IMG/VR virus record: IMGVR_UViG_3300020599_000116
Span: 1 to 29,308 of that record
DNA: 29,308 nucleotides
Direction: 5' to 3' (one strand)
Origin: a virus
Lineage: Duplodnaviria; Caudoviricetes
Shown here: one piece after another, positions 9,246-17,959 of the stretch
Position numbering within the stretch: the stretch's first letter is position 1
How the letters are laid out: the number at the start of each line of letters is the position of its first letter
Made by a program: the position numbers and the translations under genes
Notes under the pieces: model-generated
Told to the model about the DNA's origin: nothing
Seen by the model: the letters and a program-made list of their open reading frames with translations, nothing else
The model's database searches: none

Positions 9246-9405
9246 TGGCTGAAGAGTGAGCGCAGAAAATTTGATAGCTAATATACCTACTTGAAAGGAG
9301 GTGAAGATAGCGGCTTTGTGTTTCTTTACAAAGAAGTAGACAAGGGAGCTTAGGAGATTAAAGCGGGGGCGCAAATGACGCGCTCCTACCCTTCCCTTGA
9401 ACAAT

Positions 9406-9565
9406 GGGTCCTTCTACGGATTTATTTTTTTTGAGGGTCTGCGAGCGCCCGATTTTTGGCTAGATACAAATAAAAAAAGTTAGTTCCGTTTCCGTTTTAT
9501 GACACACGCCAAAAATTCGGCTTCATTTAGTGGCCGATCAAGAATGCCGAAAAAAGCGGAAACGG
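9406..9565 (+). other. Lambda-like cos packaging site (cosQ-cosN-cosB)
   Basis: GGGTCCT (lambda cosQ) at 9406-12. Thirty bp after its start lies GGTCTGCGAGCG-CCCGATTTTTGGCTA, resembling lambda GGGCGGCGACCT-CGCGGGTTTTCGCTA. R-like inverted boxes CGTTTCCGTT (9487-96) and CGGAAACG (9557-64) follow, directly upstream of the Nu1-like gene. Confidence 0.75.
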
Positions 9566-9603
9566 TGACTTGATTGAGTACCGTTTAAAAAGGAGGTAGT
9601 GGT

Positions 9604-10086
9604 GTGGACTACATTGTAACCACAAACCAGCTTGGAGAAGTCCTCGGTGTGGCTGATTCCTACATACGGCGATTAGAACGAGAGGGTATTTTGCAGAAGG
9701 TTAGTCGGGGGAAATTCGACGTCCGAGTAAATGTTCAAAGATTTTTGCAGTATAAAGCAAGTATTCACGAAGTTGAGGACCAAGAAATTGACTACAACCG
9801 TGAAAAAGCTTTGCATGAACATGCCAAGCGCCGGATTGCGGAACTGGATCTGGCAGAGAGGGAGGATCAGCTCATTGAGGTTGATGAAGTTTGCCGAGAG
9901 CTTACGAAAATGATCAGTGTTACAAAAACTCGGTTTTTGTCCCTCCCTTCAAAATTAGCGCCTATGTTGCAGTTTGAAAACAACATCGCAGCTATTAACG
10001 AGATTCTTCGGAAGGAAATCTATGCCTGCTTGCAAGAGTTATCCAATCTATACGCAAAGGAGACTGAGGTCGAGGTTGGAAAATAA
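9604..10086 (+). CDS. terS: Terminase small subunit, lambda Nu1-like
   Basis: N-terminal wHTH (VTTNQLGEVLGV..YIRRLEREG..GKFDV..VQRFLQY), coiled coil EKA..E.AKRRIAELDLAE, and RFLSLPSKLAP..EIYACLQELS; AGGAGGT RBS. Confidence 0.85.
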   Translation: MDYIVTTNQLGEVLGVADSYIRRLEREGILQKVSRGKFDVRVNVQRFLQYKASIHEVEDQEIDYNREKALHEHAKRRIAELDLAEREDQLIEVDEVCRELTKMISVTKTRFLSLPSKLAPMLQFENNIAAINEILRKEIYACLQELSNLYAKETEVEVGK

Positions 10087-10252
10087 TGAAATTGAACCTC
10101 TTTTTGAAACATTTAATGAAAATCAATAACGTCTGTCAGAATTTTATTTTTGACAGGTGGTTACAAAGGGAATTTTATGGCTTTCACGTTTAATCAAAAA
10201 AAGTTGTAAAAACAGTACATCCTTAAAATCAAACTAATGGAGGAATAAAACG

Positions 10253-10561
10253 ATGCAAATTACATTAACCAAACCGTTATCGATAGACGGACAGACCCAT
10301 ACAAAGCTTGAATTGAACCTGGAAAACTTAACAGGGTATGACATGATAAAAGCTGAGCAAGATGCGATGGTCTTTGGTGATAAAAGTGAAAACGTGTTGT
10401 TCTCAAGTACAGGAGTGGCCATTATTGCTGCAAAAGCATCCGGACTAAAACCGGAAGATATCTTTCAAACCTCAGCACCTGATTTCATGGTGATAACGAA
10501 TACGGTACGGAATTTTTTATTCGGGTGGGCCTTGCTAATGGGGATGCAGTCAGAAGTTTAA
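10253..10561 (+). CDS. Phage tail assembly chaperone (Mu gp41 / P2 E-like, short form)
   Basis: LTKPLSIDG..L.L.LENLTG.DM..AE and A.DF..IT..VRNFL pattern; directly precedes the tape measure gene; GGAGG RBS. Confidence 0.85.
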   Translation: MQITLTKPLSIDGQTHTKLELNLENLTGYDMIKAEQDAMVFGDKSENVLFSSTGVAIIAAKASGLKPEDIFQTSAPDFMVITNTVRNFLFGWALLMGMQSEV

Positions 10562-10680
10562 GAAAAACATTCTTAGCAATGGCCCGGAACACTTTTACTT
10601 CGATTGAGTTTTGGATCAAAATGCCGCTAGTCGATTTCTTAGATTGGCTTCAGATGTCGGTAGAAAAAGGTGAGAACTAA
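10253..10680 (+). CDS. Tail assembly chaperone long form (G-T/E-E' type) via programmed -1 frameshift
   Basis: Slippery heptamer T TTT TTA at 10513-10519. The -1 frame is open to TAA at 10678-80 (..LRKTFLAMARNTFTSIEFWIKMPLVDFLDWLQ..), and that stop overlaps the TMP ATG. Confidence 0.8.
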
Positions 10681-12779
10681 TGTCTCGTAAAGTTCATGAA
10701 ATATCATTTGCCATTGGTGCTAAGATGGCTAGTAATTTCAAAAGCACGTTTAACTTTGCCTCAGCACAAATGAAGGGCATTAAGGGTGATATCCGCGACC
10801 TTAATAATCAATATATTAAAGGTGCAATATCTGTTCAGAAATACCAGGAAGAGCACAGGAGATTAACAAATCAACTGGAGCGAGCACAGCGCGCTCAAAC
10901 CAAATTAAATCAGTCCATGAAAAATCAATACCGGACAGGTACGGGCGGTGTATTTGGTGGAGGTTCTGCACTAGGCAGCCTTAGCCGGGTATCGTTGGCT
11001 GGTATGGGTGCAGTCACCGCATTAGGCCCTGCTTTTTATCTTGGTGCATCCTTGAAAAAAGCCATAGATTATGAGTCTCAACTATCAAGCATCCAGGCTC
11101 TGACAGGTTTAACTAACGAGCAGATGAATGCAATGAATAAATTAGCATTAAAGTTGGGAGCCGATACAAAATATAGTGCGCTTGAAGCAGCCCAAGGAAT
11201 TGAAGAGTTATTAAAATCCGGCCTGACTCCGGCTACAGTACAGACAGGAGCATTGGAGGCAGCCCTCAATTTAGCTACTGCAGGTGGATTAGACTTAGCG
11301 GCAGCAGCGGAAATAATGGCTGATGCTCTTAACGGATTTAGAAAAGATGGGATGAGCGCTGCTGATGCGGCCAACATTTTAGCAGGCGCGGCAAATGCTT
11401 CCTCCACAAACGTTCAGCAAATCAAATACGGGTTAGCGGCTGTAGGGCCTGTGGCAGAGGGGATCGGAATCACGTTCAAAGAAGTCAACGCAGTACTGGC
11501 AGCATTTAGTAATAACATGCTTAAAGGAAGCGATGCCGGGACATCATTGAAGACGTTCCTTGCTAACGTCCAGCCGGGAACTAAAAAGGCAACGCAACTC
11601 TTTGAAAAGTACGGACTGATCAACAAAAAGACAGGTGAAAATATACTGTTTTCAAATGGACAACTAAAGGATTTGGCAGAAGTATCTGGAATTCTACAAA
11701 AGAATTTCAAAAAACTCACTGACCAGCAGCGTTCCTCAGCATTCTTTGAAATGTTTGGATCTGACGCTGTACGTGCCGCCAACATTCTTTTCAAAGAGGG
11801 AGCAGAAGGGATCCGAAATGTCTACCAGGAAATGAGCAAGGTCACTGCACTTGATGTAGCCAAGCAGAAGATGGATAATGCGGCGGGGGCGGTGGAACAG
11901 TTCAAGGGTGCGTTAGAGACCATGCAGATATCGGCTCTCACCCCTACTTTGCCACTGGTTAAAGATTTGGCTCTCATGATGGCTGACATGGCAGAGAAAC
12001 ACACACCCGCATTAACGGCTAAATTAGAAAATCTTTCTGATGCTTTACGGTATTTGTTTGACCCATATCCTCAGGAAACGAAAGATCCATTTGCAATTAA
12101 ATCTGATTCAACGTCAACGTTTGAAAACTATTTAAATGGACGTCAAGCAGTGTTAGAACATTTTCAGGATAAGATACCTGGATTCGGTGATCGGCTTAGC
12201 ATATTAATCCATCAAGCAATGGATAGATTGGCTCAATCTTATAAGGATTGGCTGAATAGCGGAGGACAAGAGAAGATCGATGCGGCAATATCGGATGTGC
12301 TTCGTTTTGTAACAGAATCAGTAGAAAAAAACCTTCCAGCTTTCACAGAATTGGGTGGATCTATAGCTGCATCTATTGCGATGGGAATGGGGAATGGGCT
12401 TTGGGATCTTATCCCGAATTGGGCCAAACCGAGCTATACAGGTTGGAGAGAGGAAAGTCCTAAAAAATATGCCCGTGGAGGCTTTGTAAACAGCCCTCAT
12501 TTGGGAATGGTGGGTGAAGCAGGCCCGGAAGCAATCATTCCTATGGATGGTTCAGCGAGGGCTAAAGCATTATGGCAACGTGCCGGGCAAAGATTAGGAA
12601 TGGGGGCCGGATCTGGAGATTCGTCGATTACCATTCATGCTCCAATCACCGTCAACTTCCAAGGGAATGCAGATGCTAACTCGGCCAATCAATCCGTGGA
12701 TACGATAGAAAAACGCTTTAATAGCTTGATAAGGGATTATCAAAACCAACAAAAGAGAACATCATTCGGTGCATTTTAA
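10680..12779 (+). CDS. Phage tail tape measure protein (TP901-family core), 699 aa
   Basis: YESQLSSIQA..LGADTKYSALEAAQGIEEL..G..GSDAGTSLK core; C-terminal YARGGFV..MVGEAGPEAIIP motif; Ala/Gly-rich helical composition. Confidence 0.92.
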   Translation: MSRKVHEISFAIGAKMASNFKSTFNFASAQMKGIKGDIRDLNNQYIKGAISVQKYQEEHRRLTNQLERAQRAQTKLNQSMKNQYRTGTGGVFGGGSALGSLSRVSLAGMGAVTALGPAFYLGASLKKAIDYESQLSSIQALTGLTNEQMNAMNKLALKLGADTKYSALEAAQGIEELLKSGLTPATVQTGALEAALNLATAGGLDLAAAAEIMADALNGFRKDGMSAADAANILAGAANASSTNVQQIKYGLAAVGPVAEGIGITFKEVNAVLAAFSNNMLKGSDAGTSLKTFLANVQPGTKKATQLFEKYGLINKKTGENILFSNGQLKDLAEVSGILQKNFKKLTDQQRSSAFFEMFGSDAVRAANILFKEGAEGIRNVYQEMSKVTALDVAKQKMDNAAGAVEQFKGALETMQISALTPTLPLVKDLALMMADMAEKHTPALTAKLENLSDALRYLFDPYPQETKDPFAIKSDSTSTFENYLNGRQAVLEHFQDKIPGFGDRLSILIHQAMDRLAQSYKDWLNSGGQEKIDAAISDVLRFVTESVEKNLPAFTELGGSIAASIAMGMGNGLWDLIPNWAKPSYTGWREESPKKYARGGFVNSPHLGMVGEAGPEAIIPMDGSARAKALWQRAGQRLGMGAGSGDSSITIHAPITVNFQGNADANSANQSVDTIEKRFNSLIRDYQNQQKRTSFGAF

Positions 12780-12861
12780 AATTAATAAGACTGTAACAGC
12801 GTTGAAATATTTACCAATTAAAATAAAGCCATCAACCCCCTCAGAACAATATATAAGTGAT

Positions 12862-12893
12862 GCCTACCAGCTAAATGGTGGGCTTATTTTTTT
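12862..12893 (+). terminator. Intrinsic terminator after the tape measure gene
   Basis: GCCTACCA..TGGTGGGC stem followed by a T-tract. Confidence 0.65.
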
Positions 12894-12946
12894 GTTTATG
12901 AATTTGTTTTTATGCCTAAACTAGCGGTAAAAGTTCAGGTGATCTA

Positions 12947-13366
12947 ATGCTAATCGAATACATCGTATTTGGTTTTTTTCTTGCTATTGGCACAATATTC
13001 TACTTCCTCCGAAAACCCGAGCCTGCCATCATCTCGCCAGAAACTGCAGAACGAATGAAGTGTCAAAGCCCTATAGAAAGACGATTGTACGACACATTAA
13101 TCTTTACTGGGTACAGCCCACGAACCCAGGTACCTTGTGGCCACTTCAGTATTGACATTGTCCTCCCTGGAAGAATTGCGATTGAATGTGATGGAGCTGC
13201 TTATCATTCATCCCCAAAACAGAAGAGTCACGATCGGAAGAAGGATCAGTATCTTCGAAAGAACGGTTATACAGTTTTGCGATTTACCGGGAGGCAGATC
13301 AACGGAAACATGAAACAGGTGCTAAAACGAATCGACAGGACTGTGTCTAAAGTGCAGGCTAACTAA
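12947..13366 (+). CDS. DUF559/Vsr-like endonuclease-fold protein with N-terminal TM anchor
   Basis: SPIERRL..Q..G.F.IDI..IAIECDG..YH..HDRKKD.YL..GYTVLRFTG; first 20 aa are hydrophobic. Confidence 0.85.
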   Translation: MLIEYIVFGFFLAIGTIFYFLRKPEPAIISPETAERMKCQSPIERRLYDTLIFTGYSPRTQVPCGHFSIDIVLPGRIAIECDGAAYHSSPKQKSHDRKKDQYLRKNGYTVLRFTGRQINGNMKQVLKRIDRTVSKVQAN

Positions 13367-13727
13367 CTTATACTTTTTTATTGGACTTGCAACTAGGACA
13401 AACGCCCAGGCATACGTTAATAGTGTAATAGGCAGTGTGAACGCAAGGTATGAACGTCGAGTCTGCCCTATGTGTTTTAGGTTACACGCCTCGATAACAC
13501 TTTGAAAGTTGGTGATATGACTGACTTTGTAGTGGTTTTTAAATTATAGTGAACATGCTCAAAAACTTTTATCAAAGTTGGAAGGTGGGGCTTTTTTTAC
13601 CCTTCCTTTTACCATCGTCCCGGCCAGCTATTTTTGAGCACGCCAACCGGACGAATGATGATTGCTCATCCGTCTATTTATAGTATCGCCAAGTTTGGAG
13701 AGACTTATACATCGAGGTGAAAAAAAT

Positions 13728-14924
13728 ATGTTGGACCCGTTAAGTTTAGTGGCCGCTCATGGACTAAAGGTTATCGGTGGGTATGTGGTGGGTCATATCG
13801 CTTGGAAGCTACGCCCCCGCAAAGAAAACTTCCCGGAGTTAATGCGGTTAACCTTTATACGAGCCGGGCTCTGTGTCAAGATCGATAACGGAAAAACCAA
13901 GCGGGAAGCAACTCCTATGTTGAGCAACTTTGCACAGACCCCATGGGGATTTGTCTTTCAGTACCGTTTGATTCCCGGTTTGAGCATTCAACAATTCATA
14001 GACAAGAAAAACATCCTGGATGCCGCTTTTAATGGGGAGTGCAATATTTACGGAGAAGGTAACGAATTGACCATTGAAATCATGCGTGTACCCATGCCGG
14101 ATCTGGAATACTTCGACATAGAGAAGATCCGAGAAAAGGAAGATGGCAAGGCTATCCCGTTTCCTCTTGGGATGACCCGTAAAGGGATTGAAGTGATCGA
14201 CTTTGCCAAGGCCCCACACGGAGTGAATGCTGGGGAGACCGGGGGCGGTAAGTCCGTTTTCCTTCGGCAGTTTTTAACCACCGTGGCCCTGCTCAGGCCC
14301 CCGGAGCAAGTAACCATGACTTTGATTGATTTGAAATATGGCATGGAGCTTTCCTTGTTTGAACACCTGCCACACGTTGAACGATTTGTGGAGGATGCCA
14401 AGGACGTTCAAAAAGCCCTTGATTCCGTTAACAAGATGATGGATGAACGCGGGCGCCTATTCCGTGCTTCCGGGGTGAGAAAGATCGAACAGTATAACGC
14501 CCTCTGTTCAACAGAGCCCGTACCTTATCACCTTCTCATTATTGATGAATTAGCCGAAATAAAAGACCTAGATTCCATAGAACGGATTGGGAAGCTAGGC
14601 AGGGCCCTTGGCATTCATATGCTGCTATGTACTCAACGCCCTTCAGCCAAAATTTTGGATGGCGAGATAAAAGCGAATTGCCCGCTTAAAATCTGTTTCC
14701 AAGTCATTAACGGAGTGAACAGCCGCATTATCCTAGACAACGAAAACGCCAAATACCTTCCACCTATTCCCGGCCGCGCCCTGGTGCAATTCAAGGGTGA
14801 GCGGCAAATTCAAGCCCTACTCTTAGAAGAAAACCACGCAGATGTACTCCTGAAACCCATCCGAAAGGAGAAAAACCAAGATGCTATTGAAAGACCGCGA
14901 GATCGACATTTTAACTACTGTTAG
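13728..14924 (+). CDS. FtsK/SpoIIIE-family ATPase (DNA translocase/coupling protein)
   Basis: Walker A GETGGGKS, LIDLK, Walker B LLIIDELAE, GRALGIHMLLCTQRP and PGRA. The ATG at 13728 follows GAGGTG (track start 13662). Confidence 0.9.
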   Translation: MLDPLSLVAAHGLKVIGGYVVGHIAWKLRPRKENFPELMRLTFIRAGLCVKIDNGKTKREATPMLSNFAQTPWGFVFQYRLIPGLSIQQFIDKKNILDAAFNGECNIYGEGNELTIEIMRVPMPDLEYFDIEKIREKEDGKAIPFPLGMTRKGIEVIDFAKAPHGVNAGETGGGKSVFLRQFLTTVALLRPPEQVTMTLIDLKYGMELSLFEHLPHVERFVEDAKDVQKALDSVNKMMDERGRLFRASGVRKIEQYNALCSTEPVPYHLLIIDELAEIKDLDSIERIGKLGRALGIHMLLCTQRPSAKILDGEIKANCPLKICFQVINGVNSRIILDNENAKYLPPIPGRALVQFKGERQIQALLLEENHADVLLKPIRKEKNQDAIERPRDRHFNYC

Positions 14925-15558
14925 CCACCTGCGTTTCATGACTACCCAACAAATTCACGCCATTCATGGCTATAGTGGTAAGCATGGTGACAATGTAACC
15001 AGGCGACTACTCAAGCAATTAGTAGACAACGGACTATTGAAGTCTTGGCAACCGGATAAATACTCAAGCAAGATTTTTTATTTAACCAAAGCCGGAGCCA
15101 AAGAGGTGGAGTTCTACCACGGCTATGACAACGTGAGAACCTTCCAGAAATCCAACCAAACACTACACCATGTCCTTGTAACGGAGGCTTATGTGCAGTT
15201 ACGGAGAGCAGATGGAGGCAAGGTGCGTCGCTTTGCGATCCATGCCAAGGTGGGCGAGATTGAGGCGGATTCCTTTGTGGAGTATCAGATGGGTAAAACC
15301 ATTAAGCTGCTGTTCCTGGAGGTTGACCGGGCCACCGAGACCCTTCACGCCATCAAGGAGAAGTTGGACCACTATAAAGCAGTATACGATGCCGGTGGCT
15401 ATCAAAAGAAGTTTGGAGTTTTCCCGACTGTTTGCTTTATCACCACCACAGACGCACGACAGCGGTCGCTGTGGCGCGTTTTGAACACTTACCCTTATAG
15501 AAGTAAGGTTGTAACGGAAAAAGAGCTTAGAACTAATCCTCGCGACTTAATTGAGTAA
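14881..15558 (+). CDS. Replication-relaxation family protein
   Basis: N-terminal wHTH (FMTTQQI..RRLLKQL..FYLTKAG), HH.LV, ADSF..LFLEVDRATE..KL..Y. Overlaps the ftsK end, a known gene pairing. Confidence 0.8.
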   Translation: MLLKDREIDILTTVSHLRFMTTQQIHAIHGYSGKHGDNVTRRLLKQLVDNGLLKSWQPDKYSSKIFYLTKAGAKEVEFYHGYDNVRTFQKSNQTLHHVLVTEAYVQLRRADGGKVRRFAIHAKVGEIEADSFVEYQMGKTIKLLFLEVDRATETLHAIKEKLDHYKAVYDAGGYQKKFGVFPTVCFITTTDARQRSLWRVLNTYPYRSKVVTEKELRTNPRDLIE

Positions 15559-15845
15559 CCATTAGGGTACGTGTCTAACCCATGATATAAGGGTGACATT
15601 ACCCCATCAAATATACCGGGGCACCCGCCCTTTCAGATACCCCAAAATCATGCGAATACCCCTATTCATTAAAGCGATTCTGCAACGTTCCATCCTTCGG
15701 ATGGCAATTATAAGGGTTAACTATTAAAACAGAGAGATGGCCCTAATTAGGCGGATATTGAGGGGAATCCATTAAACAACTGCCTTTTTATTTTTGTTTT
15801 TGGATGTTAAACTCAAATCAAAAATAACGAGGTGGTGAACGTATA

Positions 15846-16559
15846 ATGAACGCATCCAAACAAGACCGAGTCTATTGGAATCGAGAGGTTGCAGAGAATT
15901 TAGGACTTGCAGACAGCACGCTTCGAAAGTGGTGTATTGCCATTGAAAAAAGCGGCTACACATTTTCAAAAGATGATCAAGGAAACCGTGCGTTCCACGA
16001 TCACGATTTAATCCTCTTGCGAAGGGTTCATGATTTAAATAAAACGAAGGGTGTTCGATTAGAGAACGCCATAAGTATGGTGTTTTCTAATCTTAATAAT
16101 GAAAATGATACCGATGGAACGACCCTCGTTCAGTCATCTAACGACCCTCGTTCTACATATTCACTCGTTCCTGAATCGTTCGATGAAAAGATGGAACAAA
16201 TACTTGAGGCCAATAGACAACTTGTAGAATATTTAAAATCACGGGATGAACAGATTATGAACGTGATGAAGGAAATGAACGAGGTTCGTTTGCAACTGGC
16301 AGCTTCTACAGTAGATCAAAAGCTAGAAGAGAGGCAGTCCCGGATCACGGAAATGATCACCATGGAGAGGGTAAAGGGGCAATTGAGGAAGGAAGCTTTG
16401 CACCAGTGGTCAACTAAACCAGAGGAAGAACGGATTAAGCGGACCGGGTTATTCGGCCTAAAAAAAGAAGAAGATCACGCAGCGCGTGACCGTTTTGTCC
16501 AGGACTATATAGACGCTCATTTGCCGGAACGTCTCGCCCAAGAATATGGAATGGAATGA
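15846..16559 (+). CDS. MerR-like HTH plus coiled-coil plasmid DNA-binding protein (DUF3967/RacA-like)
   Basis: REVAENLGLADSTLRKWC..EK.GY.F.KD..GNRAF; coiled-coil C-terminal half; GAGGTG RBS. Confidence 0.7.
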   Translation: MNASKQDRVYWNREVAENLGLADSTLRKWCIAIEKSGYTFSKDDQGNRAFHDHDLILLRRVHDLNKTKGVRLENAISMVFSNLNNENDTDGTTLVQSSNDPRSTYSLVPESFDEKMEQILEANRQLVEYLKSRDEQIMNVMKEMNEVRLQLAASTVDQKLEERQSRITEMITMERVKGQLRKEALHQWSTKPEEERIKRTGLFGLKKEEDHAARDRFVQDYIDAHLPERLAQEYGME

Positions 16560-16923
16560 TTATAGCACATCATAGGTAGGGTGGGTGACCGCCCAATCAG
16601 TCATCTTACCTGACAGTTGCGTCCCACGTTCTATTACCAGCAAAGGAAAAGGGCTCCTCTCTATTCATTCGTTTACTTTGTTACTGAGTAACTCGGTTAC
16701 TGTGGTCCTGGGATAACCTTCAATGGACCGGGATGGACGCAAAAGATTGAGAGTGGAAGGACAAATGGGTAGAAATTATATTCTATACAGTAGGTGAAAT
16801 CACTTTCGTAAAATCAAAGGAGCCACAACATGAAACAAACTATTAAATTAAGCCTATGGAGATCCCAACGGTACATGGACTTGAACCGTGAGTACTTTAT
16901 AGAAATGATCCGCCTGAGAAAAG

Positions 16924-17181
16924 ATGGTGTGCCAAAGACTACAAAAAGGTTTGATGCTTATGATAAATAAAAGACCCGTTTTCACAACAACAATTGGAAA
17001 CACAATAATAAAAATTAGATCTGCTCTTCCATTTATGACGGATGAACAACAGAGGCAATGGTTCGAGGAAAATGATTCGCTACCTGAAGTACAAGCGATG
17101 AAACGTGTATGGATTGACATGATTTTAGATATTGAAGAAAAGAAATGGATCAATAACGAAATGATGAAATCAAATGTTTAA
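16924..17181 (+). CDS. Hypothetical protein (true start may be near 16954-16960)
   Basis: ORF upstream of the HTH gene on the same strand with plausible composition. Confidence 0.5.
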   Translation: MVCQRLQKGLMLMINKRPVFTTTIGNTIIKIRSALPFMTDEQQRQWFEENDSLPEVQAMKRVWIDMILDIEEKKWINNEMMKSNV

Positions 17182-17236
17182 AATCTATTAAACCTGTCCA
17201 CCCTTCTAATAGAACTATATTGGGAGGGGTAACGAA

Positions 17237-17431
17237 ATGGGTACTTCAAGGCTTAAGGTATATATGGCCGAAAAAGATATTCGGGCAAAAGAGTTATGCT
17301 ATATGGCAAAAGTTAGCCAAGACACCATTTCAAGACTAATGAACGGCAGATCAAAGCCCACTATCGATGTGGCCTATCGGATCTCTCGGGCCCTTGGTGT
17401 AAAGGTAAATAAATTATTTGAGAATGTTTAG
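17237..17431 (+). CDS. XRE-family HTH regulator
   Basis: RLK..MAEKDI..KEL...VSQDTISRLMNG..PTIDVAYRISRALG; GGAGG RBS. Confidence 0.88.
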   Translation: MGTSRLKVYMAEKDIRAKELCYMAKVSQDTISRLMNGRSKPTIDVAYRISRALGVKVNKLFENV

Positions 17432-17749
17432 TTTTATGCAAACTTCATATAATTTTATGATCTATTAAAAATACTGGAATCACGTGAATATCATGCGTTA
17501 TACGCTGTAATTTTAATAACGCATGATTAACTCTTTTATTCCTCTAAATTTACACTCTACTCCCATATTTCCATTATTCCCGATAATTAGTATTGCTAAA
17601 CGTCTATTTTTAAAAAATTTCATTATATAATGGACTTCGAATGGAAATAACTTTGAGCCCTTTCTAACTACAGGTGAGAGAGGAAGCTCCCACAAATTTA
17701 TGGGGTCATTTTTTATTATAAAAGGGGTTCGTTTAAGTTAGAAATTCAG

Positions 17750-17778
17750 TTGACTGAAAAAGGAAAAAAAGTGACAAT
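17750..17778 (+). promoter_or_regulatory. Putative toxin promoter
   Basis: TTGACT-17-GACAAT upstream of the type I toxin leader. Confidence 0.5.
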
Positions 17779-17845
17779 AAGTGAGTATTAGTGAACGGCT
17801 CGCTCAAATGGTGTCAGCTCACTCCCGTAGAAAGGGGGTGGGAAT

Positions 17846-17959
17846 ATGGTGTCAGTATTCGATGCAATCACTTTGGCTCTTAACTTCGGCATGTATACCA
17901 TTGCGTTTATCGCGCTGATCGTAGCCATACTGACATTCATTGCAACAAAAAAGAAGTAG
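17846..17959 (+). CDS. Type I toxin-antitoxin membrane peptide toxin (holin-like toxin), 37 aa, not in the ORF track
   Basis: MVSVFDAITLALNFGMYTIAFIALIVAILTFIATKKK: single TM helix with a basic tail; strong AAAGGGGGTG SD. Confidence 0.85.
   Translation: MVSVFDAITLALNFGMYTIAFIALIVAILTFIATKKK

Noticed and set aside
11078-12500. Minus-strand ORFs within the tape measure gene (and similar ones inside tnpR, hsp20, primase, ftsK and tnpA)
   Set aside because: Antisense or alternate-frame shadows of well-supported genes.
9604-12779. Complete prophage or tailocin
   Set aside because: No TerL, portal, capsid, tube, sheath, baseplate, fibre or lysis genes are recognisable anywhere on the circle.
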